Notes: generated by a model from the sequence alone, not told the origin. Positions 23,981 to 37,213 are shown, counted from the whole stretch's first letter. The stretch: DNA of 63,675 bases, filler included, from Globobulimina sp. (GCA_003354225.1; 53 parts of 53 records of this genome joined end to end with filler, not necessarily neighbours in it); one strand, 5' to 3'. Numbers and translations: made by a program.

Positions 23981-25061
23981 NNNNNNNNNNNNNNNNNNNN
24001 NNNNNNNNNNNNNNNNNNNNNNNNTTAATTAATTAANNNNNNNNNNNNNNNNNNNNNNNNNNNNNNNNNNNNNNNNNNNNACATCCTGGACACTGCATCC
24101 CCAATCCTGCATCCCCAACCGATTTTTAGTGAAAACTTGTCATTTCCAAAAATGCAGCTCACCAGGTGTTCAGAATGACTCATGCTGCTGGCATACCGAG
24201 AATGAATCGATTGGTGGTGATATTCATGGTGATATTCGCCTTTCACATCATTACATCTCGATTATGGAATTATAAACTATAATTAAATATAAAAATCAAT
24301 AATTCCCCAAAAATAGAGAAAATAATTATAAAATACGACATCGATATAGAAATAGAATCGTTCAGCTACCATATGTAAGTACACTAAAGTAACAAGAACT
24401 AGTAAACCTGAATCTGTGAATTCAAACTGAGCTCTTAGTATGTTGTTTTGTTTGTCATGTGTTTAACAGAAATTTATTGACCATACGAAATCTCATGGAC
24501 AATAAATGCGAACAATGATATCAATACGAAATACCATGTACCACTTATCCTATAGGTACCAGTATTTGAGCATTATGTCTGGTCCTCCATATCATAGCGA
24601 GTACCATGGATGGTAAAAGTACCAGGTTTTACTTACAGTACTTGAGTAACTAACAAGTAGTCAAATGTATAGAAATGAATTCATATAAACTACAACTTAC
24701 AATGATAACATATTTTTTATTTTGGATAATATATATATATATATATAGATAATTCTGGATCATTCCTGTATATCTTATCAGAAACACGATTGTATATATT
24801 TCTGTTTCTATTACATATACTGTGTACAGTGGAGTTTCTGATAAATATACAGTCATTTCTCGCTACAAGATATGATCTTATAGACAAATTCTTACCAATT
24901 TTTCCTTGAGTTTCCTAGTCATTGATCTTATAAACAACACTGATCTTATAGTGAATAACCTTATAGAGAGAAATGACTGTACATATACGATCGAACCTAG
25001 GAGGGGACAGGCCCCAAAAACCCAAGAGGAATTTTTTTCTTTTTTCAGTGAAAATGATAAT

Positions 25062-25183
25062 AATCCATGAAAATGAGAAAAATCCATGAAAAATGAGAAA
25101 AATGAGAAAATCTATGAAAAATGAGAAAAATCCATGAAAAATGAAAAATCCATGAAAATGAGAAAAATCCAGGAAAAATGAAA
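25062..25183. repeat. Degenerate ~20-bp tandem minisatellite (TCCATGAAAAATGAGAAAAA)
   Basis: About six imperfect copies running into contig end. Confidence 0.8.
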
Positions 25184-25283
25184 NNNNNNNNNNNNNNNNN
25201 NNNNNNNNNNNNNNNNNNNNNNNNNNNTTAATTAATTAANNNNNNNNNNNNNNNNNNNNNNNNNNNNNNNNNNNNNNNNNNNN

Positions 25284-26386
25284 CATTATATGATACCAAA
25301 TTTTGTCACAGACCCTCCGTATCCATCCTATTTGCATGCTGACATCAAATATATTCTGCAAAACAATACCAATCCTTTCAGACACAGCGCGCTTTCAAAT
25401 GGTTCATATCAAGCATACAAACCATCCCTTATCGCTACTGACAGACATATCGAGTCTCCATTAACCTTTACATTACAAAATAATCCGTCTACAGAATCTA
25501 TATTATACAGCTATAACAACCCAAATACAGCTGTAAGATCTTGTGGGTTTACTCCTGCAATGAGTTGGAACTCTGCACTCAATATATATTTTGCTGCGGA
25601 TTGGTATCCAGACGATACAGTGGATATATCCTCGATAGCTGTAACTTTGATTCATTCTCATAATATATGCGTTTCTTCAAATTATTGGGCTCCATTGGAT
25701 GGTATATATGTTTGGGTACTTTTCAACGCTGATATGAATACACCGGTGTATTTTTGTCAAGGTTGTAATGGCGATGCAGGAGTATACGTTTTTGGATGGC
25801 GTTCTAATGATGGCACTGCATTTTGGGTAATTGGAGATGATTATGCTGTGTCCGCTGGATGGAGCCTATGCACACTTGATTCTGTGGCAAATGCTATCGA
25901 TTACATATTTGATCTCAAGGACTGTAATGCGTGGCAGTATGCAGATTCAAGGACCGACTCAGCGTGGAAAACGGATTCAAATGTAAATGTGCTGAAATGT
26001 GTGACCCCATCACCAACTTTATGTATGTACTTTATATAGCAACGATATATTATATTGTATTCATGAACAGTTACCAGCAAAACGCCAACATTGTTCCCAA
26101 CTGGAACACCAACAGAAACTCAAACTAAATCACCATCTAATAATCCCACAGAGTTTCCATCTGTTAATCCGACAGAATTTCCATCTGTTAATCCAACATT
26201 TTTCCCAACTGAAATACCAACAGCAACTCCCACTAAATCACCATCTAACAATCCCACAGAATTCCCGTCAAAAAATCCAACGTTTACTACTACGACAACA
26301 TCCATTCCAACAGAAATTCCATCATCGCCACCGTCGATATCTATATCCATGAACCCAACCACATCACCGTCTGATGCGGCAACCAT
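25284..26386 (+). CDS. Extracellular protein with Cys/Trp-rich domain followed by Pro/Thr (PT, mucin-like) repeats; intron near 26023-26070
   Basis: ORFs 25290-26039 and 26091-end; repeats PTEFPSVN/PTKSPSNN. Confidence 0.65.
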
Positions 26387-27689
26387 NNNNNNNNNNNNNN
26401 NNNNNNNNNNNNNNNNNNNNNNNNNNNNNNTTAATTAATTAANNNNNNNNNNNNNNNNNNNNNNNNNNNNNNNNNNNNNNNNNNNNACGGAACAGATGAC
26501 AACAATGAGTGCTATTACTGCTATTGCTTTCCGAATGTATTTATTTAAGTATTTGATATAATCATCAGTGCAAACAGTATTGAAATGATCTTCAAATTCT
26601 TGCTGGGAAATATCGTTCCATTTGTAATCATCACGTGTAACTGTAGGCATGTTGGATGCTTAAATTTGTTTTTTTGAGTTTAATTCAATGTGCTAATAGA
26701 TTAAGATATGAGTAAATGATGTCGGGAGCTAATTTTAGGTTTGTTGTATAAAGTTTGTTTCATAATTGCGTATAAATTGTTCTTCATAATTGATATATGG
26801 TCATAATTGGTGTCATGTATTTTTCATTCAGCTTTTAACCGTTTGTGTTGATTAGACGTGGAATTATTTGCTTGTGCATGTGATTTATTTCATCACATAT
26901 TGTGTCAACATGGCTTCGCGTACTGACCAGTGTACAGATTCAAATGGAATCAAAATATTTAAACTTGCCAAGGGGTTGAAGAAATTTTCAGCTAGTGTTT
27001 TATTTTGTTCCTGCTTCTGTGAGAAAACCCTTTTGAGCATGTCACTAGCTTTCCATATTATGTTTATTAACAGCTGAATATCCATCAGGAAACGAGGCTA
27101 CAGTAGAATTAATTATTTGCAATGGATGAAACAGAATTAAATAATGAATGGTAATTTCATCCACAATATACAACCACATTAACTTTACAAATTGATAGTG
27201 ATACGTTATTTAACCGATACAGCATTGATTGTATCATTCAGTCAAAACAATGCAAAATATATTACATCAGTCATTCAAATTGGTGCAGCAGGTATAAACA
27301 ATGATACCCCAAATACAAACACATGATTTAATATACCCCAAATACAAACACAAATACAACTGAAATTATTATGCAATCAACACAATAGTCATATTAACTT
27401 AATAACATCAGTTTCACGTTTTATCGCAATAAGTTTGTTTCCAGTAAATGCGATATTTTCAGGAACTTGAGAACTGTTACCCGTTTTAGTCAGGTAAATG
27501 CTATATAAATGCATGGTAAATGCTTTTAATTTTAATAAATGGATATAAACACTATGTAAATGTGATATAAATGCACTTTTTGAGGTAAANNNNNNNNNNN
27601 NNNNNNNNNNNNNNNNNNNNNNNNNNNNNNNNNTTAATTAATTAANNNNNNNNNNNNNNNNNNNNNNNNNNNNNNNNNNNNNNNNNNNN

Positions 27690-28515
27690 GTACAGAATTG
27701 CCACCGGCAGAGCTTTAGAATCGTTAACTGGCAAAATAATGCATTGGAGCCAGTTAAACAAAGCCACAAAAGCCTTAGCTTACAGATCGTTGGCCTACAT
27801 TCATAAAAATATTAGAAATGGCAGATTATCGAAATCAGATTGCATAATATTGCCAATATCAGTAATAAATGACTTGCGTTTCTGGCTAAAATGGATTGAA
27901 AATATTAAAATTGTGTCAATGTATACAATTTTAAACAATCCATCAATTAATGTATTTGCAGCAACCGATGCCTGTGAAATTGGAGCAGGTTATGTCATGA
28001 ATTCGTTATTTGCAAAATATAAATTCAATAAAAATGATTTAAATCTTTCCATAAATCAAAAGGAGGCTCATTGCGTCCTTACACTTATTGAGTCACATAA
28101 ACATTTTTTAACTGGTAAATCATTAAAATTATATATTGATAATGCTTCTTGTTATTATTCGATGGTTCGAAAATGGTCGGCATCCTATAATATGATGATA
28201 TTTGTATTCGAATTGTGTTTATTAATGATAAAATATAAGATTTATGTTCATTTTGTATGGTTACCATCGGCCTTTAATTTCTTACCAGACCGTTTATCCC
28301 GTAATAAAATGGCTGAATTTGATGAGTTATGCAATACATTCAATCTTAAATTAGCTGAAACAAAACCTGACTATTTTGGTAGATATCAATTTGCAAATAA
28401 CCCCCAAATGAATTATGAAAATGATATGAATGAATATGCGAATTTCATTAAATGGTTAAAACAGCCTTTAAATATCAGAGCAATATCGCCTTATAAATGT
28501 TATATGAAAATATAA
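27690..28515 (+). mobile_element. DIRS/Ngaro-type (tyrosine-recombinase retrotransposon) Pol: RT connection and RNase H domain
   Basis: LESLTGKIMHW..DLRFWL..ATDACEIGAG..INQKEAHCVL..LYIDN..WLPSAFNFLPDRLSR (D-E-D-D RNase H residues). Confidence 0.85.
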
Positions 28516-28892
28516 TAAATATTAATAGTCAGCATTCCCTAAAATGCCTTTTTTCGTTTTCGTATAATTAAAATTATCAGTTTTGAGTCATTAAACTCTT
28601 TTAAATTGCTCATTTAACATTAATTTTATTATAAATTGTTAAATCCACTGATAATCACTTGAAATTTGTAATAATTTGCTATTTTCATCGGTTACTTTCA
28701 TTATAATTCAATTTTTTATTTATTCTCTTTTTTAAATTGTTATATTGATTAAATTGTTAAATACTTACTTTAAATTGAATCATTATTATATGNNNNNNNN
28801 NNNNNNNNNNNNNNNNNNNNNNNNNNNNNNNNNNNNTTAATTAATTAANNNNNNNNNNNNNNNNNNNNNNNNNNNNNNNNNNNNNNNNNNNN

Positions 28893-29995
28893 ATAAGCAA
28901 AACACCGTCAATAATAATATACCAAATGCTCGTGATAATGATGCGAAAAACCTAAATATCAGTCTCATGCGCGGGAATTGTCGCGATATTCTCAATAAGC
29001 GAATACCGCACAGTAAAGTTATATAATTATCTTCTTCTGCAATTGGACCAATATAAACGGAAATAAATATAGTCGTTACCACTAACAACAAATCGCAGAC
29101 TAGAAAAGTGCGATGAAAAAAAGCTTTAATACCATATGCATATATTTTCAATCCCATTTCAGCGATAAATACACAACAAACAATGGACAACAAATACGAC
29201 AATGGTGAAATATCAGGCATATAATACCAATTTAGTGATAAAATAAGCATTGTATGTACCCATACAATCCAATCAATAATATTATCACAAATCGGCGATG
29301 TGAATATAAACAACAGAAAGATCCGCAACTTATACATTGATGATCTACATCGATTCATCAATGTCCTCTGATTTGAATATAAATCCATGACTTCATCCAA
29401 CGTACTTTGCAAAGTCATCAATCGGTGAGCTGTTGTTGCAGTGGGAGCCACTTTGAAACGCACCTCTAAGAACTCCGGCAATTTAAACCATTCATGCAAT
29501 GTTAAGCCGTGTCTCCGATTCGATAAAATGTGTTCAGTTTCCGCTGGAGACTTATTTGCGATGAGCTCTTCATCCAATTTCAAGGTTGTATATAAAACCT
29601 GGCAATGTTGTGGCGATAAATCGGGCCGCAATATTCGCATTAACTCAATCCACGAACAGAACGATACAGTGATGCAGTCTGCACTGTTTCTGTTTGTTTT
29701 TGACAAATGAGTGGTCAGCACATCCCAGGCTTGGTGCAGCGCTTCGGTTTGTAGCTTCTGAACGGTTGCGAATTGCAGCTCTGTCTGACTATGATAAGCC
29801 TGGTATATCACTGCCAAAATAGTGGGCAGTAAGATAACAATAATGATAATGACATAGATTGCAAAGTATATGACTGTGTACGGTGAATATGCATAGCCCG
29901 CCATCATAACATCGGGGAAATTGGCAGTGGTTAAAGTCACCATTAATGAGAATAACGCGGTTTGTTTGTCACCAAAGAATTCCGGGTTTATTTCG
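28893..29995 (-). CDS. Two-pore calcium channel (TPC), internal fragment
   Basis: Pore 1 VTLTTANFPDVMMAGY, S6, EF-like linker, then domain II S1-S4 with IRLLRISR. Confidence 0.85.
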
Positions 29996-30095
29996 NNNNN
30001 NNNNNNNNNNNNNNNNNNNNNNNNNNNNNNNNNNNNNNNTTAATTAATTAANNNNNNNNNNNNNNNNNNNNNNNNNNNNNNNNNNNNNNNNNNNN

Positions 30096-30350
30096 TATAT
30101 TTTTCAAATTTGTAGAGAAATAAGGATTGAAATTATAGACGTTTTTTTGAATTAAGCCACCAATCACAGTACTTGGTGTTGACACGTTTTGATGCCAATT
30201 CATTGCATCTGTGTCGTATGATGTTGTTGATATTGTGGATCCAGCAACATTGTTGATCTTGGATGAAGATTGGAGCTGCCAAGTCTTTAATTCTACACTA
30301 GATGTAACAATAACTATTACCTGCAATAAATACAGTGATGACACGAGCAT
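30096..30350 (-). CDS. Secreted protein N-terminus (possibly GH2 glycosidase-like), 3'-partial
   Basis: Signal-like N-terminus; WQLQSS..GSTIST..WHQNVSTPSTVIGGLIQ..FNPYFSTNL. Confidence 0.45.
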
Positions 30351-30482
30351 TTTGCTTCTCCGAGATATTCACTCAACTGCCAAACTTGCAAAAACAGAAA
30401 CAAGATCCTCGAGCTTTATTTGCGACTTTGCAAACAAATTGAAACAATATATAACCAGTTATAATAACAACAGCAACATAAT

Positions 30483-31198
30483 ATGGGTTGTGGCCCATCA
30501 TCATCGGACCCAACAATAAAAGAGGACAAACAGTGGAACCTATCTTTAGCCCAAGATGCGGCCTCAGATCGCCAATTAAAGAAATTATTGCTGCTGGGCC
30601 CAGGCAACAGCGGCAAATCTACTTTTTTCAAACAATTATTAAAAATCCATGGCGAAGGTTTCAATGACCCTATATTTGCCTCGGCGGACGTAACGCGTGC
30701 CATCTACGACAGCATCATCGGTCAAATGAAAGCCATCATCCTTCAATGTGAGGAATTTGAATACGAATTAGGTTCAAATGAGCAGAAATGTGCAGATTTT
30801 ATCTTAGATTTGCCGCGCGATGTAGAAATCAATGAGTCGACGGCCTATTACATAAAGGCATTGTGGAGCGACCAAATGATATTAGATTCATTCGAACATC
30901 GTACCAATTTAGGCATTGTCGATTCATGTCCGCATTTCTTTAATTCCATTGACAGAATATCAGAAAATACATATAAGCCAAGTGAGGAGGACATATTATT
31001 AGTGCGTACACCGACGACTGGTGTGATTTCCTCTAAATTCAACATAAACAATCATCAATTTATGATATTCGATGTGGGCGGACAGCGCTCGGAGCGCAAT
31101 AAATGGATTCATTGTTTTGACAGTGTGACAGCCGTATTGTTTGTGGCTTCATTGTCTTGTTACGATCAGGCCTTATTTGAGTTGGATTATGTGAATGC
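30483..31198 (+). CDS. Heterotrimeric G protein alpha subunit, 3'-partial
   Basis: MGC N-terminus, KLLLLGPGNSGKST, DILLVRTPTTG, FDVGGQRSERNKWIHCFDSVTAVLFVASLS. Confidence 0.95.
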
Positions 31199-31298
31199 NN
31201 NNNNNNNNNNNNNNNNNNNNNNNNNNNNNNNNNNNNNNNNNNTTAATTAATTAANNNNNNNNNNNNNNNNNNNNNNNNNNNNNNNNNNNNNNNNNNNN

Positions 31299-31682
31299 TT
31301 AGTGAATCCAGAGGCGGAAATATGGCTGATTTGGGGAGATGGGAGCAGTGGATATAGCATTGCGGAAATTGATACATTTCGTAGATTTGGGATTGGCGTT
31401 ATTTGTGTTATTGGGAACGACGCGTGTTGGTCACAAATAGAAAGAGATCAAATACCGAAATTAGGGGATAATACGGCATGCATGTTATCATATTGTGATT
31501 ATCATACAATAGCAAAAGGATTCGGTGGGAATGGTGAAGTTATTTGGGATAAGAAACAATTGGAAGGCGATGATAATGCCTTTTTAAGAGCAAAGCAATA
31601 TGTTAAAAAGCATAATGCTGCATATGTTATAAATGCACATATTGGTACATCTGATTTTAGAGAAGGCTCAATATCTATTTAG
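31299..31682 (+). CDS. TPP-dependent enzyme C-terminus, acetolactate-synthase-like (ILVBL type)
   Basis: WGDGSSGYSIAEIDTF..VIGNDACWSQIERDQ..TSDFREGSISI. Confidence 0.85.
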   Translation, partial: LVNPEAEIWLIWGDGSSGYSIAEIDTFRRFGIGVICVIGNDACWSQIERDQIPKLGDNTACMLSYCDYHTIAKGFGGNGEVIWDKKQLEGDDNAFLRAKQYVKKHNAAYVINAHIGTSDFREGSISI

Positions 31683-31838
31683 TAGACTTAGCTGTAAATT
31701 GCTAGTTTATAATTATTTACAATAACTTCCTATTTTCTTAATCGCATAAAAATAGAATGTAATCGGTGTTGTTGTATACCAAATCTGTTAAAAAATAGAT
31801 TTTCTGATAAAGCAACAAAAGCTAACACAGCTCGAAAA

Positions 31839-32401
31839 ATGAAGCATGTCCCAACGAAGACGCGTGTCGGTCATGGATTATTCAACAAAGCATCATTCCA
31901 TTTCAAAGCAAAGCAATGGAGGCTGGCAGTGGGTGCTTATCATAAATTGTTCAAATCGCAACCACAATATTTAACTATTTGTATGAATGAGTATTGGACG
32001 GCCATTGCGAACTGCATCCATGTGTTAACCAAACCGTATGCAACGATGGAAAAGAAAATGTGTCATCACCATCTAAATGACAGATGTTGTTCCATGATGG
32101 ATGCGACCGTTAACCCAATATATTTTCGAAAAAACCATAAATCAAAATATAAACTGATTAAAAAATATTACAAGGCACGAGTCAATTTCATACAACAACT
32201 AAAGAAATATAATATAAATAATTATGATGGTCATAGTGGGAGAGCTATCAGTGAATATCTATCGTTTTTAAAAGTATTCAGCAATAATTATCGGTTAATG
32301 TTTAAATATATGTGCAAAATGCAAATTTGCCACAATGGTCAACTCTTCAATATCTTGCATTATATTTACGATTTATATTTTTTGATCAGGACAGGACAGT
32401 T
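31839..32401 (+). CDS. Hypothetical (TPR-like) protein, 3'-partial
   Basis: FNKASFHFKAKQWRLAVGAYHK helix pattern. Confidence 0.4.
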
Positions 32402-32660
32402 NNNNNNNNNNNNNNNNNNNNNNNNNNNNNNNNNNNNNNNNNNNNTTAATTAATTAANNNNNNNNNNNNNNNNNNNNNNNNNNNNNNNNNNNNNNNNNNN
32501 NTTTTGCTGTGAATGTGTTTCTAAAAACCACGTTTTTCACGTCAAAACAGTGAAGTTATGCCTATGTCCATGAAGAAATGTCCAGGATCTATAAGGGAAT
32601 GTTGGTAAATTACGTAATGAAAATTTTACCCTAGGGGACTAACTTTGTTTTAATCTGCAG

Positions 32661-33604
32661 TTAAATGTTTCCAGTTATTATTCGTGTTTCATTAAAGCCA
32701 GGATACATTTCAAGTATTTCTTCATCTTTATCAAAATAATTTGAATTAAATAATAAGGGTTTCTTAATATATTGTGGCGGATTGGCATCACGAACATGTA
32801 AACATTGATTATTGCCATTGTATCCCCATAAATAATATTTATTATCCACTGTTTTAATAATATTATGATGCCCACCACATTTAATATCAATAATTGTTTC
32901 CTTTTTTAATGTTTCATTTCGTTGTGGTAAATATACAGTTTCATCTGAACCATTTCCGCATTGATACTCTCCATTCCCTCCAAAACAATGTATCTTATTT
33001 ATTTATTAAAATATATTTGTAAAAATAAATAAACACAAAAAGAACAAAACTTTATTATTTAATGATAATAATATATTATGATAATAACCACAACATATTT
33101 TACCAATTTTAATATTGTTTTGAATAAAATATTGTATTCTTGTTGGCAAATATCTATTATTACCATCTCCATGACCTAAACTACCATAATAACCATATCC
33201 CCACGACCAAACACCATAATTATCATCAATTGCTAAGGTATGAAAACCTCCACAATATATATCCTTAAATTTCATTTTTGTTTGAATTTCTTGAATATTT
33301 GGTGATGATTTAATATCTTTTCCTAATCCTAAACACCCAAAACCATCATAATCATTGCCAGCAACATATATTTTAGCATTTGTACTTAAAAATGTTGTAT
33401 ATCGCCATGTTGTGGCTATTTTTTGAATCGATAATGTTGTATTAATTGGTGTCCATTTATTATTACTTTTTGTATTTGTTTTTATACCAAATTGATTATA
33501 ATTATTCCCTCCGACAGCATATAATTTATTCTCATTTGTAATACAAAATGAGTGTGTTGATCCGTTTGGTGCTGCAAATATATTTTTAATTTTCATAGAT
33601 TTTA
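32661..33604 (-). CDS. RCC1-repeat protein, C-terminal part, intron 32994-33050
   Basis: CGGFHTLAIDDNYGVWSWGYGYYGSLGHG; spliced continuation IHCFGGNGEYQCGNG..CGGHHNII..YLWGYNGNNQC. Confidence 0.85.
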
Positions 33605-33704
33605 NNNNNNNNNNNNNNNNNNNNNNNNNNNNNNNNNNNNNNNNNNNNTTAATTAATTAANNNNNNNNNNNNNNNNNNNNNNNNNNNNNNNNNNNNNNNN
33701 NNNN

Positions 33705-34562
33705 CACAGCAAAATTATGATGCATTTTTAGATCAATTGGAGTGGAGAGTAAAAAATACAAATCAATACACTGGAAAAAGCGAAGAAGAAATAAAAAAAG
33801 AACAGAAGTTACAAAAACGAAAGAATATGAGAGCGAGATTGAAAACGGAACAATCAGTAATTTCTGAGGAGGAAACAAATAAAATGAATAAAATAATTAC
33901 TAAATTAGGGATAACAGTGAATCGTAAGCAACCTAAGATTAATATTGTAGTGGGTGGATATAAAAAACACATCGATGTGTATCAAGATATTTTGCGTCAT
34001 GTCAAAATGAGTAAAAATGAGAGGGAAACGGGTTTAAATGCATTGCAACATAAACATTTACAAGCTATTAAAGTTAAAATAATGCCCGGACCAATTTGTA
34101 AAAAAGACTTGATGTTGGCAGCGATTAAAGAGAAAATGGATGAATTACGAAATAATTTGAATGCAAACAATGAAACTGTTTCTCATGAAAACGTTAAGCA
34201 AAACACAAAAGCAATTAAGCAATCGGTGATATCAAAAAATGATAAAAAGGAAGATATGTTATGGAGATGCGATGTCTGTACATTTATGAATAAGCATTTG
34301 GCAAATATTTGTGAAATATGTGGCACGCTGCAAACTGGTTTACCAACAGTTACTGTCTATTTTTTGTATTTTTTCCTGACACACCGACCAACACTCAATC
34401 TTTATGTCACAGATAACCGATGAACAGTTAGCAAAACAATTGCAAGTTTCGTTAAATTATGATGACAATGCACCGGAAACTACAAGAAAACGGAAATTAA
34501 ATTATGGTGACACAGGTGCTCAGCCGCCAAATAAAAAACAAAAAATAAAAGTAATGCAATAA
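33705..34562 (+). CDS. Protein with RanBP2/NZF zinc finger and UIM-like DEQLAKQLQ motif, intron ~34349-34412, 5'-partial
   Basis: WRCDVCTFMNKHLANICEICG; spliced tail ITDEQLAKQLQ..RKRK..PPNKKQKIKVMQ*. Confidence 0.65.
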
Positions 34563-34907
34563 TGTCAGAGGTTGAGAGATTTCAAAAGTTGTAATTTGAT
34601 AAATTAATAGATTAAGAAGCTCAGAGGTTGTTTCATGCGGAACATCGTAATATTTCAACTTCTGACCCTCTCAGTCTATCAACGTACGGCATATGAAACC
34701 TACCAACCTCTCAATGTGATTACTAATTTTTAGTGAATGATTCGATTTTTTAGTTTTTATTTTATTATATATACTCAGTATTTTATTTTTTATTTTTTTT
34801 TAATTGCNNNNNNNNNNNNNNNNNNNNNNNNNNNNNNNNNNNNNNNNNNNNTTAATTAATTAANNNNNNNNNNNNNNNNNNNNNNNNNNNNNNNNNNNNN
34901 NNNNNNN

Positions 34908-35809
34908 TGATTCTTCCAAAAATAAACTATATGCCATACAATTCTGCAACGTACCGACGCTAACACATTTCGTTCAATCTATGGAATGTTAGAAAAACCA
35001 GTGGTTTACGGTGAATTAAAGAAAATACAAAAAGGCAGGTGTGAAAAACGAACACGACACCGATTTCCCGTTAATTGAGCCAACATTTTACCCAACACAT
35101 CATTCCATGATAATAGCTTCATCATTTCCTTTAGTTGTCAAGATTGGTCATCATCGCTCTGGTTATGGCAAAATAAAATGTGATAAAAAAAAAGATTTAA
35201 CTATGTGAAAAGCATTGTAGCCATTCACAATGATTATTGTACAGTGGAGGAATTTATTGATTATGATTTCGAAATAAGAATACAAAAAATAGGTCCAGAT
35301 CGATGAATTGGAAAGGAAATGTGGGCAATGCTTCAGTTAATGAAGATGTTGAATGTACGAAAGAGTTTAAATTATGGATCGATTATGCTAGCAAAATATT
35401 TGGTGGTTTGGACATTTGTGCATTGGATTTGGTGCATTGTTCGCAAACGGATAGATATAAAATATTAGAATTAAATGGCACGGCTATTGGCTTAGTGCGG
35501 CGGCATGCAAATGAAGATATGAATATGATGCGGGATATGGTTGTTAGGGAAATGAGTAAAATATATTCAAATAATATTGTTCGTGGTAATGTTGGTGAGG
35601 AACAGAAAAGTGATGACAATGACAATGAGAATGAGGAGGATGAGGAAGAAAAGGCACAAGTTGATGGTAAGGATGATGACAACGATAATGTGGATCATGA
35701 GGAGGAGGATGAAGCTTTGTTGCAAGCAATTGCTAAAATACGGCAATTAGAGAAACATAATGATGAATTAAAAGGGAATCAAAAGACGAAAGACTGTTTG
35801 ATAATGTGA
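34908..35809 (+). pseudogene. Synapsin-like ATP-grasp protein with C-terminal CaaX, frameshifted
   Basis: SIYGMLEKPVVYGEL, DFPLIEPTFYPTHHSM, FPLVVKIGHHRSGYGKIK, EEFIDYDFEIRIQKIG, NWKGNVG, IFGGLDICALD..ILELNG spread over several frames; ends KDCLIM*. Confidence 0.75.
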
Positions 35810-36110
35810 TATCTACAATTCTACAAAACACATGCCATGTATATCTGTGCCAGCTTAATGAGCTTATACTAATTTTGAGAGCTGTGAAAACCTCGAAAGG
35901 AGACCGAACAGCTATTCCAGACTATAACCAGTGTGGATGGGTCGGTCACCAATTTCAACCCGCTCTTACTGCACAAAAACAAAAATAAATACTCGATTGA
36001 CGAGGACAGCNNNNNNNNNNNNNNNNNNNNNNNNNNNNNNNNNNNNNNNNNNNNTTAATTAATTAANNNNNNNNNNNNNNNNNNNNNNNNNNNNNNNNNN
36101 NNNNNNNNNN

Positions 36111-37213
36111 GGATAAATAAAAATAAAAAAATTACCAAAAGATATCAAAGATTTATTAAATTTAATATGAAAAATATTGATGAAGAAAATAAAGAAAATC
36201 AACAAAAAATGTACTCCGTTGGATATGGTTTTGATTATGAACGAGTTTGTCCGTTACATTCCTCATTAAAAGATGAATTATTAAACAATAAGATATCCCG
36301 CATAACATCGGATCAATTTATCATTGAATATCAAAAAGCTCTCCACCATCATCAATCTGAATATAATAGAAAAGAAATCAGCATGTCATTGGACTGTATG
36401 TTAGCATCAATGCTGTATTGTAATTATGATGATTTACAAAGAGAATTCTCAAAAACATACAGGAAAATGTATGAACATGAATCGTACGAAGAAATTATTA
36501 AAAGACATTCTAACTATTATTGGTTTGGGAAGTTCTTAAAAAACGCTGTTGATGAAAATGGGGTTGACATTCAGTCTGGCGATATTCACAGTTTTTATCA
36601 TGGAATCGGGGGACAATTAGAGTTTCCAAGTAACACTTTTTTTCAGTTTAGCTCTCCAACTTCAACCTCCTCATCGTTTGTAGTTGCGGTTAATTTCACC
36701 AATCATAACAATGGAATGGTTGTCGAAATTTGTGATGATTATTATAACCAATCTGCTAAATGTTTATCTGTAGCGTGGCTCTCTGATTATGGCAATGAGT
36801 CTGAATATCTTTTTATTGGCGGAAGCATCGGATTGTCACTCTGGGATCGAATATAAACATATTTTGAAAGCATTAAGAATTATCGATGGTGACAATGACG
36901 AATATACCATAAATGACGAATTAAACAGTTTTAAATTGGTATCACATGTTTTATTGTGTTTGAAGAAGTTGTCATTGTGTTGGCAAAGTTGGCATATTAC
37001 AAATTGGTATCACAAATTGGCGAAATAATCATTACGCTGCAAATATGGTAAATAGATATTTTGAAAATAAAGAACGGATCAATATAAATTGGAATAGATT
37101 AAGTTTTTTATCCGAATGGTTTTTTGATTCATTTTATTATTCAAAATATGAATGGATTAAACTTAAGGAGTTAAATATATTATTCCCAAACATTCAAAAC
37201 ATTGGCGTTCAAG
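36111..37213 (+). CDS. ADP-ribosyltransferase-like fold protein, 3' part frameshifted (possible pseudogene)
   Basis: SMLYCNY..FSKTYR, FYHG, PTSTSSSFVVAVNF, WLSDYGNESEYLF in the order of R-S-E type ART motifs. Confidence 0.5.

Noticed and set aside
30483-31198. G-alpha as physically linked partner of the Amt-RGS gene
   Set aside because: Different contig; no linkage evidence
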